In this document: one piece after another, positions 21,814 to 40,669 of the stretch
Position numbering within the stretch: the first letter of the stretch is position 1
Layout of the letters: each line of letters starts with the position of its first letter
NCBI GenBank assembly: GCA_958009085.1
Contig: OY253673.1
Span: forward strand, 682,001 to 746,000
DNA: 64,000 bases
Direction of reading: 5' to 3'
Source: Protoeuglena noctilucae
Lineage: Eukaryota
Program-made: the position numbers and the translations under genes
The notes under the pieces: model-generated
Database searches by the model: none
What the model saw: only the letters and a program-made list of their open reading frames with translations
Told to the model about the DNA's origin: nothing

Positions 21814-24800
21814 ATGGCGCTGAAAGCCATTCTGGGAGGAGCCCGGTCCGCGGCCACTGGGCTGCGCGGCCCGGCAGGTGCGGTGCGCGCGTCGGCTCAG
21901 GCCAGGTGCTGCCGCGAAGCAGGCAATGACGATTGGCTTGCATCGCCGATGCCAGCAGGCCAATCGATCTCGGTTACGGGAGCTGCGCTTCTGTCGCGGC
22001 GCTTTGCCGATGAGGCCGAGCCGTCGGGGCAGGAGGCGGACCTCCCCCCCTACATGGGCCCTTATGAGCGCGATCTGCACGTTCAAATCGCCCACAAGCG
22101 TGGGATGGACATTATCGGAGATCCGATTTTCAACCGGTGAGTCTCAGACGTGGCAGAGCGAACGGGGAGCTCGCACGCGTTCACAAGAGTTGCATTGGCC
22201 AACGGACCTTGCCTCTCCCTGCCCTGGTGCTTAGGCTGCCCGTCGTGCCTCCGCGGCATCTACTTTGCATGCCTCTCTCCTCCTGGCACCGCTGTGACGC
22301 ATGTCCGCGACACCGCCGCGCCGCGGCAGGCCATCACACATCGATCACTGACTTCAGCCTGCGCGGCCGTCTGCCGCAGGGGTACGGGCTTCAAGGAGCA
22401 CCATCGAGAGCGTTTGGGACTGAGGGGCCTGTTGCCGCCTTGCGAGACGACGCTCGAGACGCAGATGGCGCGCCTCATGAACGTCTTTCGCAACGGCATC
22501 TCCACGCCCCCTCCGCCCGAGCCCATCACCGAGCAGCACATCCAGCAGTGGCTGTTACTTAGGTGACTGCCAAGAGCGAGAGTCGCCCGCTTCCCCGCGT
22601 GGCCCGATTCGCTGCCAGCTACCCCAGCGATCGCATCGTTTGCTGATCGATGCGCCCCGCCACTGCCCGACGTCGCCCGCTGCTCTTGCAGGGACCTCCA
22701 CGACCGCAACGAGACGCTCTACTACGCCCTGCTCGTCAAGCACTTTAAGGAGCTGGCGCCGATCGTGTACACGCCCACGGTCGGGTGGGCCGCGCTGAAC
22801 TACTCGGTCATCCATCGGCGCCCCCGCGGCTTCTACTTCTCCCAGAAGGACAGGGCCCACTTCTCCTCCATGCTCTGGAACTCCCCGCGGATGGAGGTCG
22901 ACGCCATCGTCGTCACGGACGGGTGCGTGGGGTGCACGGGCGTGGGGTGCTCCGTCTTGGCTAGACTAGCCTCGCTCTTCGACGTGCCAGGCTGCCCTCG
23001 TCGCGCGCAGGTCCCGCATCCTCGGCCTGGGTGACCTGGGCATTCAGGGCATGGCCATCCCCATTGGGAAGCTCGACTTGTACGTGGCGGCGGCGGGCTT
23101 CCACCCAGACAGGGTCTTCCCTTGCATTGTGGTGAGTGCATGCCATGGTGGGTGTGGTGGATGGCATTGCAGTGAGGGCATGGCGTGGTGGGTGTGTTCG
23201 CCTGAGCCTGCCTGGCGTGTGTTGCGATGCAGGACGTGGGGACGGACAACGTGGACCTGCGCAACTCCACCGAGTACATCGGGCTCCGGCAGCCGCGCAC
23301 CAAGGGGAAGGAGTACTTTGAGATCATGGACGAGTTTGTGTCGGCGGTCATGGCGCGGTGGCCCAACGCGGTGCTGCAGTTCGAGGACTTCAACACCAAG
23401 GCGAGGAGAACGCAAGCGGGGTAGATGCACGGGGTGGTGGGGCTGGCGTGAACGCTCACAAGTGATGCAGATGCGGGTGCCTGGTGCCAGCACCACACCG
23501 CACCACACGTCACTGCACACCCTCACTCGTTGCTTGACTAGCCCGTGTCTGCAGGTGGCCCGCACGCTGCTGGAGCGGTACCGCAACCACCACATCGTCT
23601 TCAACGACGACATCCAGGTGCGGAGATGCAAGCGAGCAAGCAAGCACGTAGACAGCTGTGCAGCATGGCTGTCTCTTGTTTCATGCACGCGCCAGCAGCA
23701 GCGCACCATAACACGCTGTGCTCTCTTGCCCAACTGACGAGCCCAGCATGGCACAGCTCAGCTCACGACAGCTCAGCCGCAGCAACCCGCGACGCCAACA
23801 AGCAGTGCGAATCGTGTCGTGTGCGCAGGGGACGGCGGCGACGGCGTTGGCGGGGATGTACGGGGCCATGCGGGTGCTGGGGAGGCCCAAGCGCGCCATC
23901 ACCGAACAGACCTTCGGTGAGGCCTGGAGCGGTCGCGATGCTGTACTGCAAAGCCCTTCTGGATTGCTCGGGCGTTCATGTGTTTAGCTTTGTACTGCGG
24001 AGCCATTTTATGCTACACTAGGTCTTGATGATGACTTCATGCGTCTTCTCGCTCTCTCTCACCCGCAGTGGTGTGCGGTGCAGGGTCGGCGGGCATGGGG
24101 GTGGTGGAGATGATCGCGAAGGGCTTAGAGCGGCACGGCCTGCCACTCCTGCAGGCCCGCAGGCGCTTCTGGCGAGTGCCCCTGCAACGCGCATGATGCG
24201 ATCATTGCAATTCCTGCGACGTGCCCACCACATGCGCTCGGCCTCTTACTTTGAGCATGACCATCCGCTCACCGCCCTTTCGATTAACCAGCTATCAACA
24301 GCCCTTGTTTGTGATCGACGCATCGCCTTTCCTGCACCCCTGTCCCCAGGATCTTCGACCAGGACGGCCTGGTGACGACGCGCCGGCACGGGCTCGACCC
24401 CTTCGTGATGCAATTCGCGAGGCCCGAGGAGGACATGGACGGCATGAAACTCCTGGACGTCATCAACCGGGGTGCGTGCTGCTGATGGGACGGCCAGTGT
24501 GACCATTGTCCATGGCTGTGGATGTGCGCATTGCCTTGCAACACGTCGCGTCGGCGGTGGCGACGGATGCGACTGCGGAGGGTGTACAGAGCCCCGTCCG
24601 CTGCGCCTTGATAATTTATCATCCCCGTCGCCCGCAGTCAAGCCGACGGTGCTGTTGGGCCTGACGGGCGCGGGCAAGATCTGGAGCCGGGACGTGCTCC
24701 GTGCCATGGGCGAGCACAACGCCCGGCCCATCATTTTCCCCATGTCCAACCCCACCAGCAAAATGGAGTGCACGGCCAAGGAGGCACAAGAAGCCACGGG

Positions 24801-25643
24801 TGAGTTACCATGCATGTTTCACCAACCGCGCTCACCAAAACAGACGCTGCCTTGTACACGCCTAGTAGCCATGCATCAGAAACGCATCCCTGCCCTATAG
24901 GGTGCCCCTAACGCTGCCCCCACCGCTTATCCCTACCGCGTATTGAAGGGTGCCCTTGCCGCTCACTTTAGCGTGCCTCACTACCACCCATATGCCGCGC
25001 AGAGACGCTGACACGCTCCTCCCACCCCCACCGCAGGCGGCCGTGCCATCTTCGCCTCGGGCTCCCCCCAGGACCCCGTCAAGATCGGCAACCGCATGGT
25101 GGCGTCGTCTCAGGCCAACAACATGTACATCTTCCCGGGCCTGGCCCTGGGCGCCCTCCTGGCACGCAGCCGCGTTTCTGACGCCATGCTGACGGCGGCG
25201 GCCGAGGCCATCCCGGACGTGCTGCCGGACCGGGTGGTGCAGCAGGGCGGGGTGTACCCGGAGGCTGATGACATCCGCCTCATATCAGCCCACGTCGCGC
25301 TCGCGGTCATCAAGCAGGCGCACATCGAGGGGCACCTGAGGGACTCCAAGGTGAGGGGTTGGGGATCATTGTATAGCAACACATGTGAGAACATTGGTAG
25401 GGCTCTAAGGTGAGGAGTAAGACTCGGGCAGAGCAGGTGGATGGGCAGGGGGGAGGCGCCTCGCTGGGCCATTCAGGGGTAGTAGAAAGTGTGTTTCTTG
25501 AGGCACGATCCTCGTGCCGTGCCCCGCAGCTGGAGTTCCGATTGGAGAGGGGCGACGAGGCGGTGCTGCAGTGGATATTGCGCACCATGTATGTGCCGAT
25601 GTACGGACCGATCGTGACCCTGCCGCCCGGGGTCGCAGAGTGA
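21814..25643 (+). CDS. Malic enzyme, probably mitochondrial NAD-dependent; multi-exon
   Basis: R/A-rich presequence, [80 protein letters not shown]. Confidence 0.93.
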
Positions 25644-25868
25644 GACTGCCGACTGCTGCAATTAGGTCGAGGTCAATGTGCAGCAGAAAGACGCTGCGAC
25701 TTGGCTCGCCTGCGACTGGGCTCGCCCGTTCCCACGGTTGCAACGCACGGGCCATCCAGACATCCTTCACTTGAACAAACCGACAGCCAGGCACACCGAG
25801 GTCGAAAAACCAGGGACAAGCCAGCTAGTCTATCGAACTGCCCGACATGGAATAACCCTCCCGCAGCG

Positions 25869-27046
25869 TCACTCGCTCGCGAGCCCCTCGCCCCGCCCAT
25901 CCGTGCCTGCCCGTGCGCCCTCGTCGCCGCGCCCCGTCTCCGCCAGCGCCCGCTTCCGCAGCCCCTCCTTGAACTCCCTCCGCTGCCGCGAGCTCCGCAT
26001 GCGGGCCGCGGCGGGGAGCTCGCTGTGAAGGAGGTCGACGAACGTCCGCCACTGTGACTCGCCTCGGTGCAACTGCTCCTGTACCGGCAACCCCGGCATG
26101 AGCTTCAGCATCATCCGCACCGCCCGGTCCGCCGCCACGTCCGCCTCGGGCTCCGTCAGCAGCCCCGGCCGCATCTGCAGCACAGCCGCCAGGTTGGCCT
26201 GCGGGAGCACCTCCTTGAGCCTGCAGGGAACCGTGCAGGGGAGCGGCGTCACGTGCAAGCGTGCCTCGCGACTGCGAATCCTTCCCGCACCGCAGCACAC
26301 GGCCCATGATACAGCATATCACCCATCGCAGCACGTTCATGAACCTGAGCACGCTTCCCACAACGCAGCACGTTCACCTGAGCACGCGCCCCGCCAGCTC
26401 GTCTAGCGCCGCCAGCGCCACCTCCGGTCGCTCCCACACGACCTCGACCGTCTGCAGCGGCGACTGCAAGCCCAGGACGTCCGTCAGCGTCGCCACCCGG
26501 TCCGACAGCTCTTCGTGCTGAACGGATGCCAGCGCGCCCCACTGCAGACAGGGCGGGCGTCGAGTTGATCACATTGCCTCAAGACGCATCGCCGCATTTA
26601 TGAAGACACCGCGGGGCTTTTCGCACGGCCCTTGTGCATCACCCTCACTCCCACATACCATGCAGCCATACAGCCACCCCATGCCAGTGCCAGAATCATC
26701 GCGTGTCCCTTGCCTTCCCAGGTTCCGTCTCAGCCAGCTCCTGCAGGTGCTGCAGCAGACGACCCACGGCGCTCTGTGCCGTCGTGTCAGACGCCCACGT
26801 GTCCCGCCAAGACGCCTCGCTTTGCCGCCCATGCCAAGACGCCCGGCACCTGAAGCACCCCGCTGAGCGCCGCGAGGCCCTCACGTCCGCACCCCGCGCG
26901 GCGCTAAGCACAGCTGACGGCGTAACATGACAACGGCGTAGCCTCAGCCCCTCCAGTGCGACGCACCGCACCATAGCACATTGGGACCTGTGGCCCTGGC
27001 TGGCCCCAGCAGCCAGCCAGCTTCCCACCACCGCCGTCGACATCAT
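25869..27046 (-). CDS. Hypothetical, probably organelle-targeted helical protein (at least 3 exons)
   Basis: Phase-consistent joins ...ELAETEPGK|WGALASVQHEELSDRV...LR|LKEVLPQANLAAVLQMRPGLL; Arg/Ala/Ser-rich N-terminus; candidate ATGs at 27046, 27043 and 26974. Confidence 0.6.
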
Positions 27047-27076
27047 CAGCCGAAGATGGAGCACAGAAACACCTCC

Positions 27077-27824
27077 TCAGCTTTTCGCTTGGCGAGCCTC
27101 TCGTCCCATCCGCCCGCGATGCGGGCCAGTCTCTGCGAAGGAGCACGCTGCGGCTTGCCACTGCGCCATCGCGAGTCCCCGCATCCCTGCAACTCCGCGA
27201 TCGCCTAATGCAATCACCTCAGCTTCCTCCGCGGGAGTCTCTTCGACGAGGCGCTGAATCTCCTCAATTACTCCCGCGTCCTCCTCGGCCCCGTTCCCGT
27301 CCACAGTCCCCGCGTGCGCCGCTGCCTGCTCCGCGCTGACACCCTCGAGACCCGCTCCCTGCCTTTCGTTGAGTGCGGCGACGGTCCGCCGCAGCTCCCG
27401 TGCGCGGTTGTCGTGCTGATATTGCGCGATGCGCGCCTCCGTCTGCGCCACGTCCTTGCCCTCCACCAGGTTCTCGACTGCGGGCCGAGCGTGAAGCAAC
27501 ATGAGGTTTTAATGAGGATGAAACCATCGCGATAGCGCTTGCGCACCGAAGGATGCCCCTCGCATAGAACGAGCGCGCTCCACGTCCCTGCGTGGCAAAG
27601 TGGTATCGGCAGTGCTTACTTATCGTCTCCCGCTCCTCTTCGTAGTCGTGCCACTCCTCCGGGTTCGCAAAGTCGTCCTCCGTCTTGCTGTAGCTGCTCA
27701 GGCAAACCAGGGAAAAGGCTTCTTTGCAATGTGGGCTTGACACAGCGCCTTCGGCCTTTTGCTGACCAGAACAAGTGGCTTACATGTCGAGAACTCGCTT
27801 CCGGATGACGTCCTCGCGATCCAT
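27077..27824 (-). CDS. MAT1: CDK-activating kinase assembly factor MAT1, RING-less plant type (3 exons)
   Basis: MDREDVIRKRVLDI|YSKTEDDF..EWHDYEEERETI|IENLVEGKDVAQTEARIAQYQHDN matches the MAT1 central-domain pattern (IRKKVLKIYNKREEDF..EYNDFLEEVEEIVFNL). Confidence 0.8.
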
Positions 27825-28479
27825 GGTCCGGGTGGCCAGTCCTTAGCTTCAGCCAGCAGCGCCACTGGACGTCAAAGCTAGCAGCAGGTTGCTAGTGCCG
27901 TCCGTCCGTTCCCAGGGCATGGCCGCAGGCTGCTAGGGCTCGTCCTGCAGCTGTCGTGGAAGGAGCTGAGCGTAGGGTATTCTGACACGAAAGCCAGAGC
28001 CCTCCCTGTGCATTCTTGGCTCCAACTACGCAGCCGAGCCACACTGTTGGATCTGTGATATCCTTCTAGATCTATGACGTCGCGCTCAAGGTGGCATTGC
28101 CTCAGCGCACCCCCCAAAGAGCTCTTGGACCACTTTCACTGTGCATTCCAGGTTGATATCTGACTCAGAGAGGCTGCGGCCCGGGTTGTTTGTGTGAATA
28201 CCGTCACTCCTGGAAAGGGAGCTGGGCTGACGCAGAGGGGCGAGATGCCTCCGCGGGAAGGTGACGATTCCGTGGCGCCAGCAGCCCGCGTTTGCTGCTC
28301 CCAGCTCTGTTCACTGCACAGCCCCGTCAGCGTCATGGTATGAAGTGTATCTGGCACTAGCGATGCGCAGCACCGTTCTTCGCTCGCGCATGGGGGACTT
28401 TGGGCGTTGGGCAACGCGGCCTTGTGCTGGGCCCCGAAACTCGTCGGCAGCCGGGGCGCCAGCCGATGAACCAATCCCG

Positions 28480-34081
<5,602 letters not shown>

Positions 34082-34537
34082 CGGTATGACGCTGCGCTGA
34101 CTGGGTCATGGGTACGGGTCATGGGGGCCGTAGAATGCGCTGCCTGAGCAGACTGAGCGGCTTATGGGTACGGGTCATGGGCACCGATGTGGGTGCTACT
34201 GTGGATGGCACATGGCTATGCTTGCAATGCCGTTGATGCGCCAGGGTGGATGGATGTGCGTTGCGCGGACAGTGGCTGACAGTGGTAACACGGTCGCTGT
34301 CTCTGCTTGTTTATATGTAGAGTATGCACAGCCGTGCATCGGGAATGTAGCTAGCACTGGCGTGCCACTTCTCTCGTCATCGTGACTAGACTTGCCTATC
34401 GTCAACTTCAATGGGAAGTCGACCGTGAAGCAACAAGCATACAAGCACCCCGTGACAGGCGGCGCCTGACGTACCAGGGCAACCTCATGACACTCTTTCT
34501 ACTCTGTTGCTGTCGCATCACACTCGCCCCCTCCGCC

Positions 34538-37500
34538 TCACCGCGTCACGAACGCCCCGTTCCTGCAGCCACGCAGACGCACCCTGATCAATGCGCTGCC
34601 ACATTGAGTAACGCACCCTTTGCACCATTCTGCTGCTGCCCGTGAGCCACGACAGGCGCTCGTGCAAACCGAGAACCAACCATGATCACTTCCGCGCAAG
34701 ACCCTCTCGCCCCGCCAACTCGCCTCTTGTTCCTCTCGATCTCCTTACGTCTCCGGGCGTCCTCCAGGACGGTGTCGCGCACGAATCCCTTGAATGTCTC
34801 CCAGATACGCACCACCTCCAGCTGACCGAACAGCGCGTCGTCACCCGCACCCGTGGCCTGCGGGGGCACGAGAGCTGAGCCATCGCTGTTCGTTCCATCG
34901 GGTCCTGCCCAGCGCAGGAGTGATGCAGCAGCACAGCCCAGCCCAGCCCAGCACAGCACAGGCCAGCGTCATCAACCCCACCTCGGCTCGCTTGGTGAGT
35001 TGGGCGAGCGCCCCCTCGGGCAGCTTGGTCACGAGGTCGACCCTCGAGAGAACCAGCGCCTCCACGTGCGTGTTGGCCACCACGCTCGCCCGCCGCGCCG
35101 CGCCCGCCAGGACGGCCGTGTCGCCGAAGCTCGAGCCAGGCCCCAGCCGGAAGATCTCCAGCTGCACAAAGCCAGGGCCCTCCGCGACCTGCAGCGCCGC
35201 CTTGGCTCTGCGCATTGAGCCGAGCGGGGCCGTGGTTGGGTGGAAGACTTAACGCGGAGGCTGTGGGTGCTAGCGGTGGCTCGTGCATCAAAGTCCAACA
35301 ACAGCGCAGTCGGCCCCACGCATAACTCACCTGACTCGACACCGCCCTTGCACATGCCATCACGACCATTTCATCTGACTCGACACCACCATCACACGTC
35401 ACATCCCGACCATCTCACCTGACCGAGTTGGTCGAAGTCTTGAGGGTCCTCCCGAACGCGGCCCCTCTCGGCCCCGCCACAGTGCTCTCCAGGGCCTTCC
35501 ACTCCCGGTCCCAGCGACCCAGCACCGTCTCCTGTGGGCACGACACGATGCGAGCAGGAGTCACACGCCCACCCTGGAGTCCCTCTCCCTCACCACAACC
35601 CTCCACCTCTCCCTCACCACCACCCTCCACCCCTCACCGCCGCCCTCCACCCCTCACCTTTTCCTTCTCCTTTGCCTCCGCCCTCTGCGCTGCCCTGGCC
35701 TCCGCCTGCGCAGCCGCAGACGTGCCCTCCATCTCGAGCCCCAGCCCCCCGCGCACGTTGATCGCCGCGAAGAGGGCCGGGCGCGTGCCAGCCGGGGTCG
35801 TTGATGGGCGGGACGGCGTTGGCGACTGGGCTGCCTGTGGGGAGGGCAAAGACACGGGAGGGATGGAGGTGGCAGGTGGGGAACGTGAAGTGCAGAGGGA
35901 TGCAGGAGCAGGAGAGGGGAGAGGTGGTGGGCCGGTGGAATGCAGAGTGGGCGTGAGAAGCGATGTCGTGAGGTGCACAGCAGAGGGATGCGTTTGTGCA
36001 CGACGGCCACCTTGCAAAAGGCCAGTCTCTTCTCAGCGATTCCTTGACTCACCGCCGGTCCCCGCAGCACCTCCTCCTGGAGCTGGGCGCGCAGGGCCGC
36101 CAGCGACGGCAGCGACGGCGTCGCGGGGTCGGCCGGGGGTCGCGCGCGGGAGGCAAAGGCGGCGGCAGTCATCGCGGCCGCCATCTCTGCGCTCGTCTGC
36201 GCCGGGCGCGGCAGCAGGGCGAAGCCTGCCGCCACCTCTGCTGCCATCCCTGTTGCCGCTTTTGCCGGCAGCTCTGCGGTGTCCTCTGTTGCACCGCCCG
36301 CCTCTGCCTCTGGGACTTCCCTCACTGACCCGTTCCTGTTGTCCTGTCCCGCCAGCGCCTGCAGGGCAAGCATCGATCGTGTCGTGAGACTCTCTCCACC
36401 ACCACCCGCCCTGCAGAAGCACCCGCAGCTGCCACGCCTCGTCTCGCCAAGCACCTCACCTGTGCCGATATTCGCACCCACACAGCTGCCACGCCTCGTC
36501 TCGCCAAGCACCTCACCTGCGCCGATATTCGCACCCACACAGCCGCGCCCCGCCTCACCTGCATGGCCGCCAGCACCGAGAGGCACGACGTCGACCTCTG
36601 CGGCACGCGCATCGCCAGCGCGGACGCATACTTGCGCACCACGGACCGCTCCGGCGTCGCGGCGTCCAGGAAAGGCCCCGGCATGGATGCCTTGCGCTGC
36701 CGCGCCTGTCGGAACGCGCCCGGAGCAACCTGCGAGGTCCCTGCGACACCAGCCCCGTCCGAAGGCATCCCGGCACGTGCACCGGGGGCGACTGCCGCCG
36801 GGGCCGCGGCCGAGGCGCCCGCCTTGCTTTCCCTGCCGGACGGTGACCGCGCGACCGCCTCCAACCCGGCCGCTTTGGGCAGCCGCTCCCTCGCGCTCTC
36901 CCGATCTGCCGCGACGGACTGGCGCTTGGGGGATGCGACGCACAGCCGGGACTTGCTGGGGGAGTGGAGGTCCAGCGCCGTGCCCCGGCCCTCTCTGCAG
37001 GGGCGTGGCGCGGGTGCCAATGAGCAGCGGAACAGCGGCGAGGAGCACAGCACAATTGCCAGGCACAGCAAGGGTGATCGAGATGCCGCACGCATGCGTA
37101 GCAACACATCATGACCACCACCAACAGCAGCCCAAGAGTGCAATACGACTTGTCGCATCACCCATTGCCCCCCCAGCCCAGCCCAGCCCAGCGTCGCTCA
37201 CCGGGCGGACGCCCACGAAATGCGCGGCGACCCCGCGGGCAAGCTCCCCTCCTCCGCCGACCCGAAGAGCCCCCTGCGCGCCTTGGCACCCCTCCCTGCC
37301 AGCCCCGCCACAGGCGACGCCCTGCCACTGCCGCTGCCCGGCGGACCCACCAACCCCGCGACCGGAGACACCCCCCCGCTGCTCCTCCCCGACCCCGGCC
37401 CCTCGCCTGCCACGCCGTCCCGCGTCCCATCCCACGCTCTCGAGTCCGACCGGGCGTCGGTGGCAGCCTCCCCGGGGCTGGGGTGTGCCGGCAAACTCCG

Positions 37501-39975
37501 GCGGCTGTGGGGCGCCGTGTTCAGGGTTGCCCGGGACGGGGGCGCGGAGCTGAGGCGGGAGGGGGTGGAGGCCAGGGTGGGGCGCGCGGAGCGGGTGGGG
37601 GGCGAAGGGGCGGCGGAGGGGCGGGCGGTGGTAGGGCGCGTGGGGAGGGCGGCGGCGGGATTTGAAGACGTGACCTCGTCGATGAAAATGGACAGCTCCG
37701 GGGCAATGCGCATCACGTCTTCGTCCGTGAAGGCCGCGCTGCGGGCGGGGAGGGCGGGCGGTTATTGGCCATTAACTGGGATGCCATGGCGACGCGGCGC
37801 CTGGCGTTTCATTGGTTGTGTTTCTAACGGACTCTGACATCACCTGAGGCCGTTCCTGACGTCCGCGAAGTGCTGTCGGACCTTCTCGTTTGAGAACTGC
37901 TTGAGGATCGACGCCTCCCCGCTGATGATGACGTAGAGTTGGTCTGCGTGGGCGGGTCGACCGGCACGACGGACGCTAAGGGTGGGACCCACATGAAGTC
38001 CCTACCAACGACCAGCGTCCGCCTCCGCATGACCCAACCCACACCTATGTACCACACCACTCCGCAGACTCCGTCAATGCTGCAGCCCCGCTCCCGCCTC
38101 ACCTGACGGGTCGCCCTCCCTCACGATCGTCGCCCGCGCGGGGAACCTTAGCGTAGTCGCACAGTAGGCCAAAGCACGCACGTCCTCGTCGCCCAGGTCC
38201 GCCATGATGGGGTGCCTCCTCAGAGCCCCCATCTTCAGAGACAGGCCTCGCTCATGGTGCTCCCACAGCAGACGCTGATAGACGGCACGGTCGATGGACG
38301 CGACCTCGAGCGGCGTGTAGCTGACCACGGAGGCCATCGCGCGGCCACCCCGCCCGTCCATGCAGGCCTCCCCGAACCCCCGGCCCGGCCGCATGGTCCC
38401 CACCACTTCGAATTTGCCACGGTACTCGAGGCGGGTCGTGGCGCCCCACTCTGCGACGATGAGGTGCGACACGTGAGATGCGGACGATGTGTTTGGAATG
38501 CACGGTGTGCGGCAGATGGTGATGACTAGCATCAGCGACCAGCAGGTGCGCAGGAGTCGTGTCATGACCTGAGAGGCCTGTGTGCGTGTCACCTCGGATG
38601 GGCGATCCGCCCAGCGGGGATGACTTGAAGTGCCGCAGCATGAGGGCCACGTCAGCTGCGTCGATGAACTCGCACACGAGCGTGATGCCGGACAAGATGA
38701 CGAAGTAGTGCTGGCCCACCTCGCCCTGCAGAAGAGAATGCCATGTGCGGGGATGCTTGCAGATGCGCGCAGCAGGCATCTCCAAACAAGCGAGGCAGTG
38801 CAAGGTGTGGCATGGGTGCGAACCGTGGCATGGGTGCGAGACGCAGCAAAGCGTTCTCTGCAATATTCCAGATTCCCCGCACCTGCAGGATGATGCTCTC
38901 CATCGGTCGGAAGGTGCGGTACGTGACGTGGCGCAGCAGTTCGCGCTGTAAGGGGGCGTCGAGGGACTGAATGAAGTCGACCTGACTCAGCACGGGGGTC
39001 AGGTTGTCGATGTCGCGGCTCGTGCGGGCCTCGGGAGCGACCTGCGGGGGAGGGCGACGTGCTCACTTGCAAGTGGACGCATGGCTGCCAGCCACTCCAA
39101 GCGACCATCGCGGCAGGCCCAGCCGTGCGTGAGATGGGTCGCGCACAGACAAGCAGCACGCACGCTGTCGACACTGCCACTGCTGCAGCATCCAGGCAGG
39201 GTGTCATGTCACTGCCTCGCTGCAGCACGCGTGCAGATACAAGCCCCGTCCCCGGTCGCGACTCACCATGATGGCATCGAGGAACTGATTGGCGGTCTCG
39301 TCGCCTAACACGCCGGAGACGAGGCTCGGGACGTGGCTGTCCTTCGGGAGCGTGGTGGCGGTCGAGTTGCGGATGGTGGAGGCCACCTCACGCGACCCCA
39401 GGACCGTGTAGTCGTTGCCGAACTTGCTCTCGTTCTCACGGTCCGCTTTAAGCTCCATTTCCCGTCGCTTCTTGGCCGCATCGCGCCACCTGGAGGGCAG
39501 AGCAGGGTGGTTAGGAGCGAGTTGGCTCACGGAGCCGTGCTGGGCGCTAGGGTCTGCAATGCAGCTCGGATGGGAGTCCAGCAGGAGAGGGAACGCACCT
39601 CCGAATGATGCCTGCTGCGCCAACGGGGATCTTGGGGGCGGGAGGGCGCGACAAGTCCTGCGGGGGAGAGCGAAGCGCACTATGAGCTAGCAAAAGACAT
39701 CCAAACATTGGGAATATCGGCTATCCAGGGAGCTTGCTGGTACGGGACGCTCACTCGCGACCTCATCCTTCGTATTCACTGTTGGCCCGCCAAGAGAGCC
39801 CCGCCTGCGGGTGCGGGCGCGGCTGGATAGTTGCGCGCATGTGCTCGTCAAGCCACCAGCAGCCGCGTCTCCAGCGGTGACGCCCAGGGCCACCACAAAT
39901 CCGTCCATTGCAGAGCTGTGCATGGATGCCCTCACCCGCGGGCTTCAGGCGCAGGGCGCCCTCATCGTCCGCCAT
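34538..39975 (-). CDS. Tandem cyclic-nucleotide-binding domain protein; the second CNB domain is interrupted by a long low-complexity insert
   Basis: CNB1: IILQGEVGQHYFVILSG..GRGFGEACM..ASVVS. CNB2 N-part: IVREGDPS|DQLYVIISGEA (~38150-37900). CNB2 C-part: LGPGSSFGDTAVL..RRASVVANTHVEALVLSR (~35170-35030). Gene ends are tentative. Confidence 0.75.
36426..36560 (-). repeat. 57-bp tandem duplication containing repeated CAG|GTGAGG splice junctions
   Basis: cagctgccacgcctcgtctcgccaagcacctcacctg(t/c)gccgatattcgcacccaca x2 plus a partial copy. Confidence 0.9.
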
Positions 39976-40259
39976 CCTGTTACAGAGCTGAAGAGGCCAG
40001 CATGTCGCGAGCTAGCTTCCCCACCCCGAACTGGGGGATACCGCAGATAAAGAATAAAGTCAATGTCACCAGGATGTCGCTTTGATGCCCCAAGGCCTTA
40101 GAGATGCGCCACAATTGGCTGCAGTCCGTGAAGCTGAGAACACGCGCGCTTTCGACTGGAGAATCGTGTCTTTTTGCCAAGGCGTGTGCACGGTGCATCG
40201 CTTTGCTTTCTCTGGCACGGCCTCCTGCTGAGGCCAGCGAGCAGCAAGAGTCTACTAAG

Positions 40260-40669
40260 ATGGCAGGACGTCAGATGCGGAGTCAGAAAGAGCCTGTTGT
40301 GCCCGGCTTTCACTGAAACCACCCCATTCCATCTGGGTTGTCATTCTCTAGCCAGACAAATAGGCTGGGGGAGCTGGGCGACAGTGGCGCCAGATGTCAG
40401 CCCCCAGTACATGTACCGCAAGCTGCCACAGGCAGCGACAGGCGCTGGAGCAGAAACTAGAGCTGTTAGAGCAAGAACTCGGGGCAAAGACCATGGCAAT
40501 TCTGCAACAGGTGGGTCGCGCGATGAAGGGGAGGCGAGTCGCGACTGAAAAGGATGCGCCGGTTTTCATCGCCCCGTGCGTCGCGCGCAGAGGCAGGAGA
40601 TCGACGCTTTGAAGCGCGCGCTCCAGGAACGTGAGCAGAGATCCGCAGGAGCGACTCCGTCGGGGTGAG
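40260..40669 (+). CDS. Possible small coiled-coil protein (spliced)
   Basis: Exon-like segments RQRQALEQKLELLEQELGAKTMAILQQ|RQEIDALKRALQEREQR bounded by GTGGGT...GCGCAG; start unclear. Confidence 0.4.
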
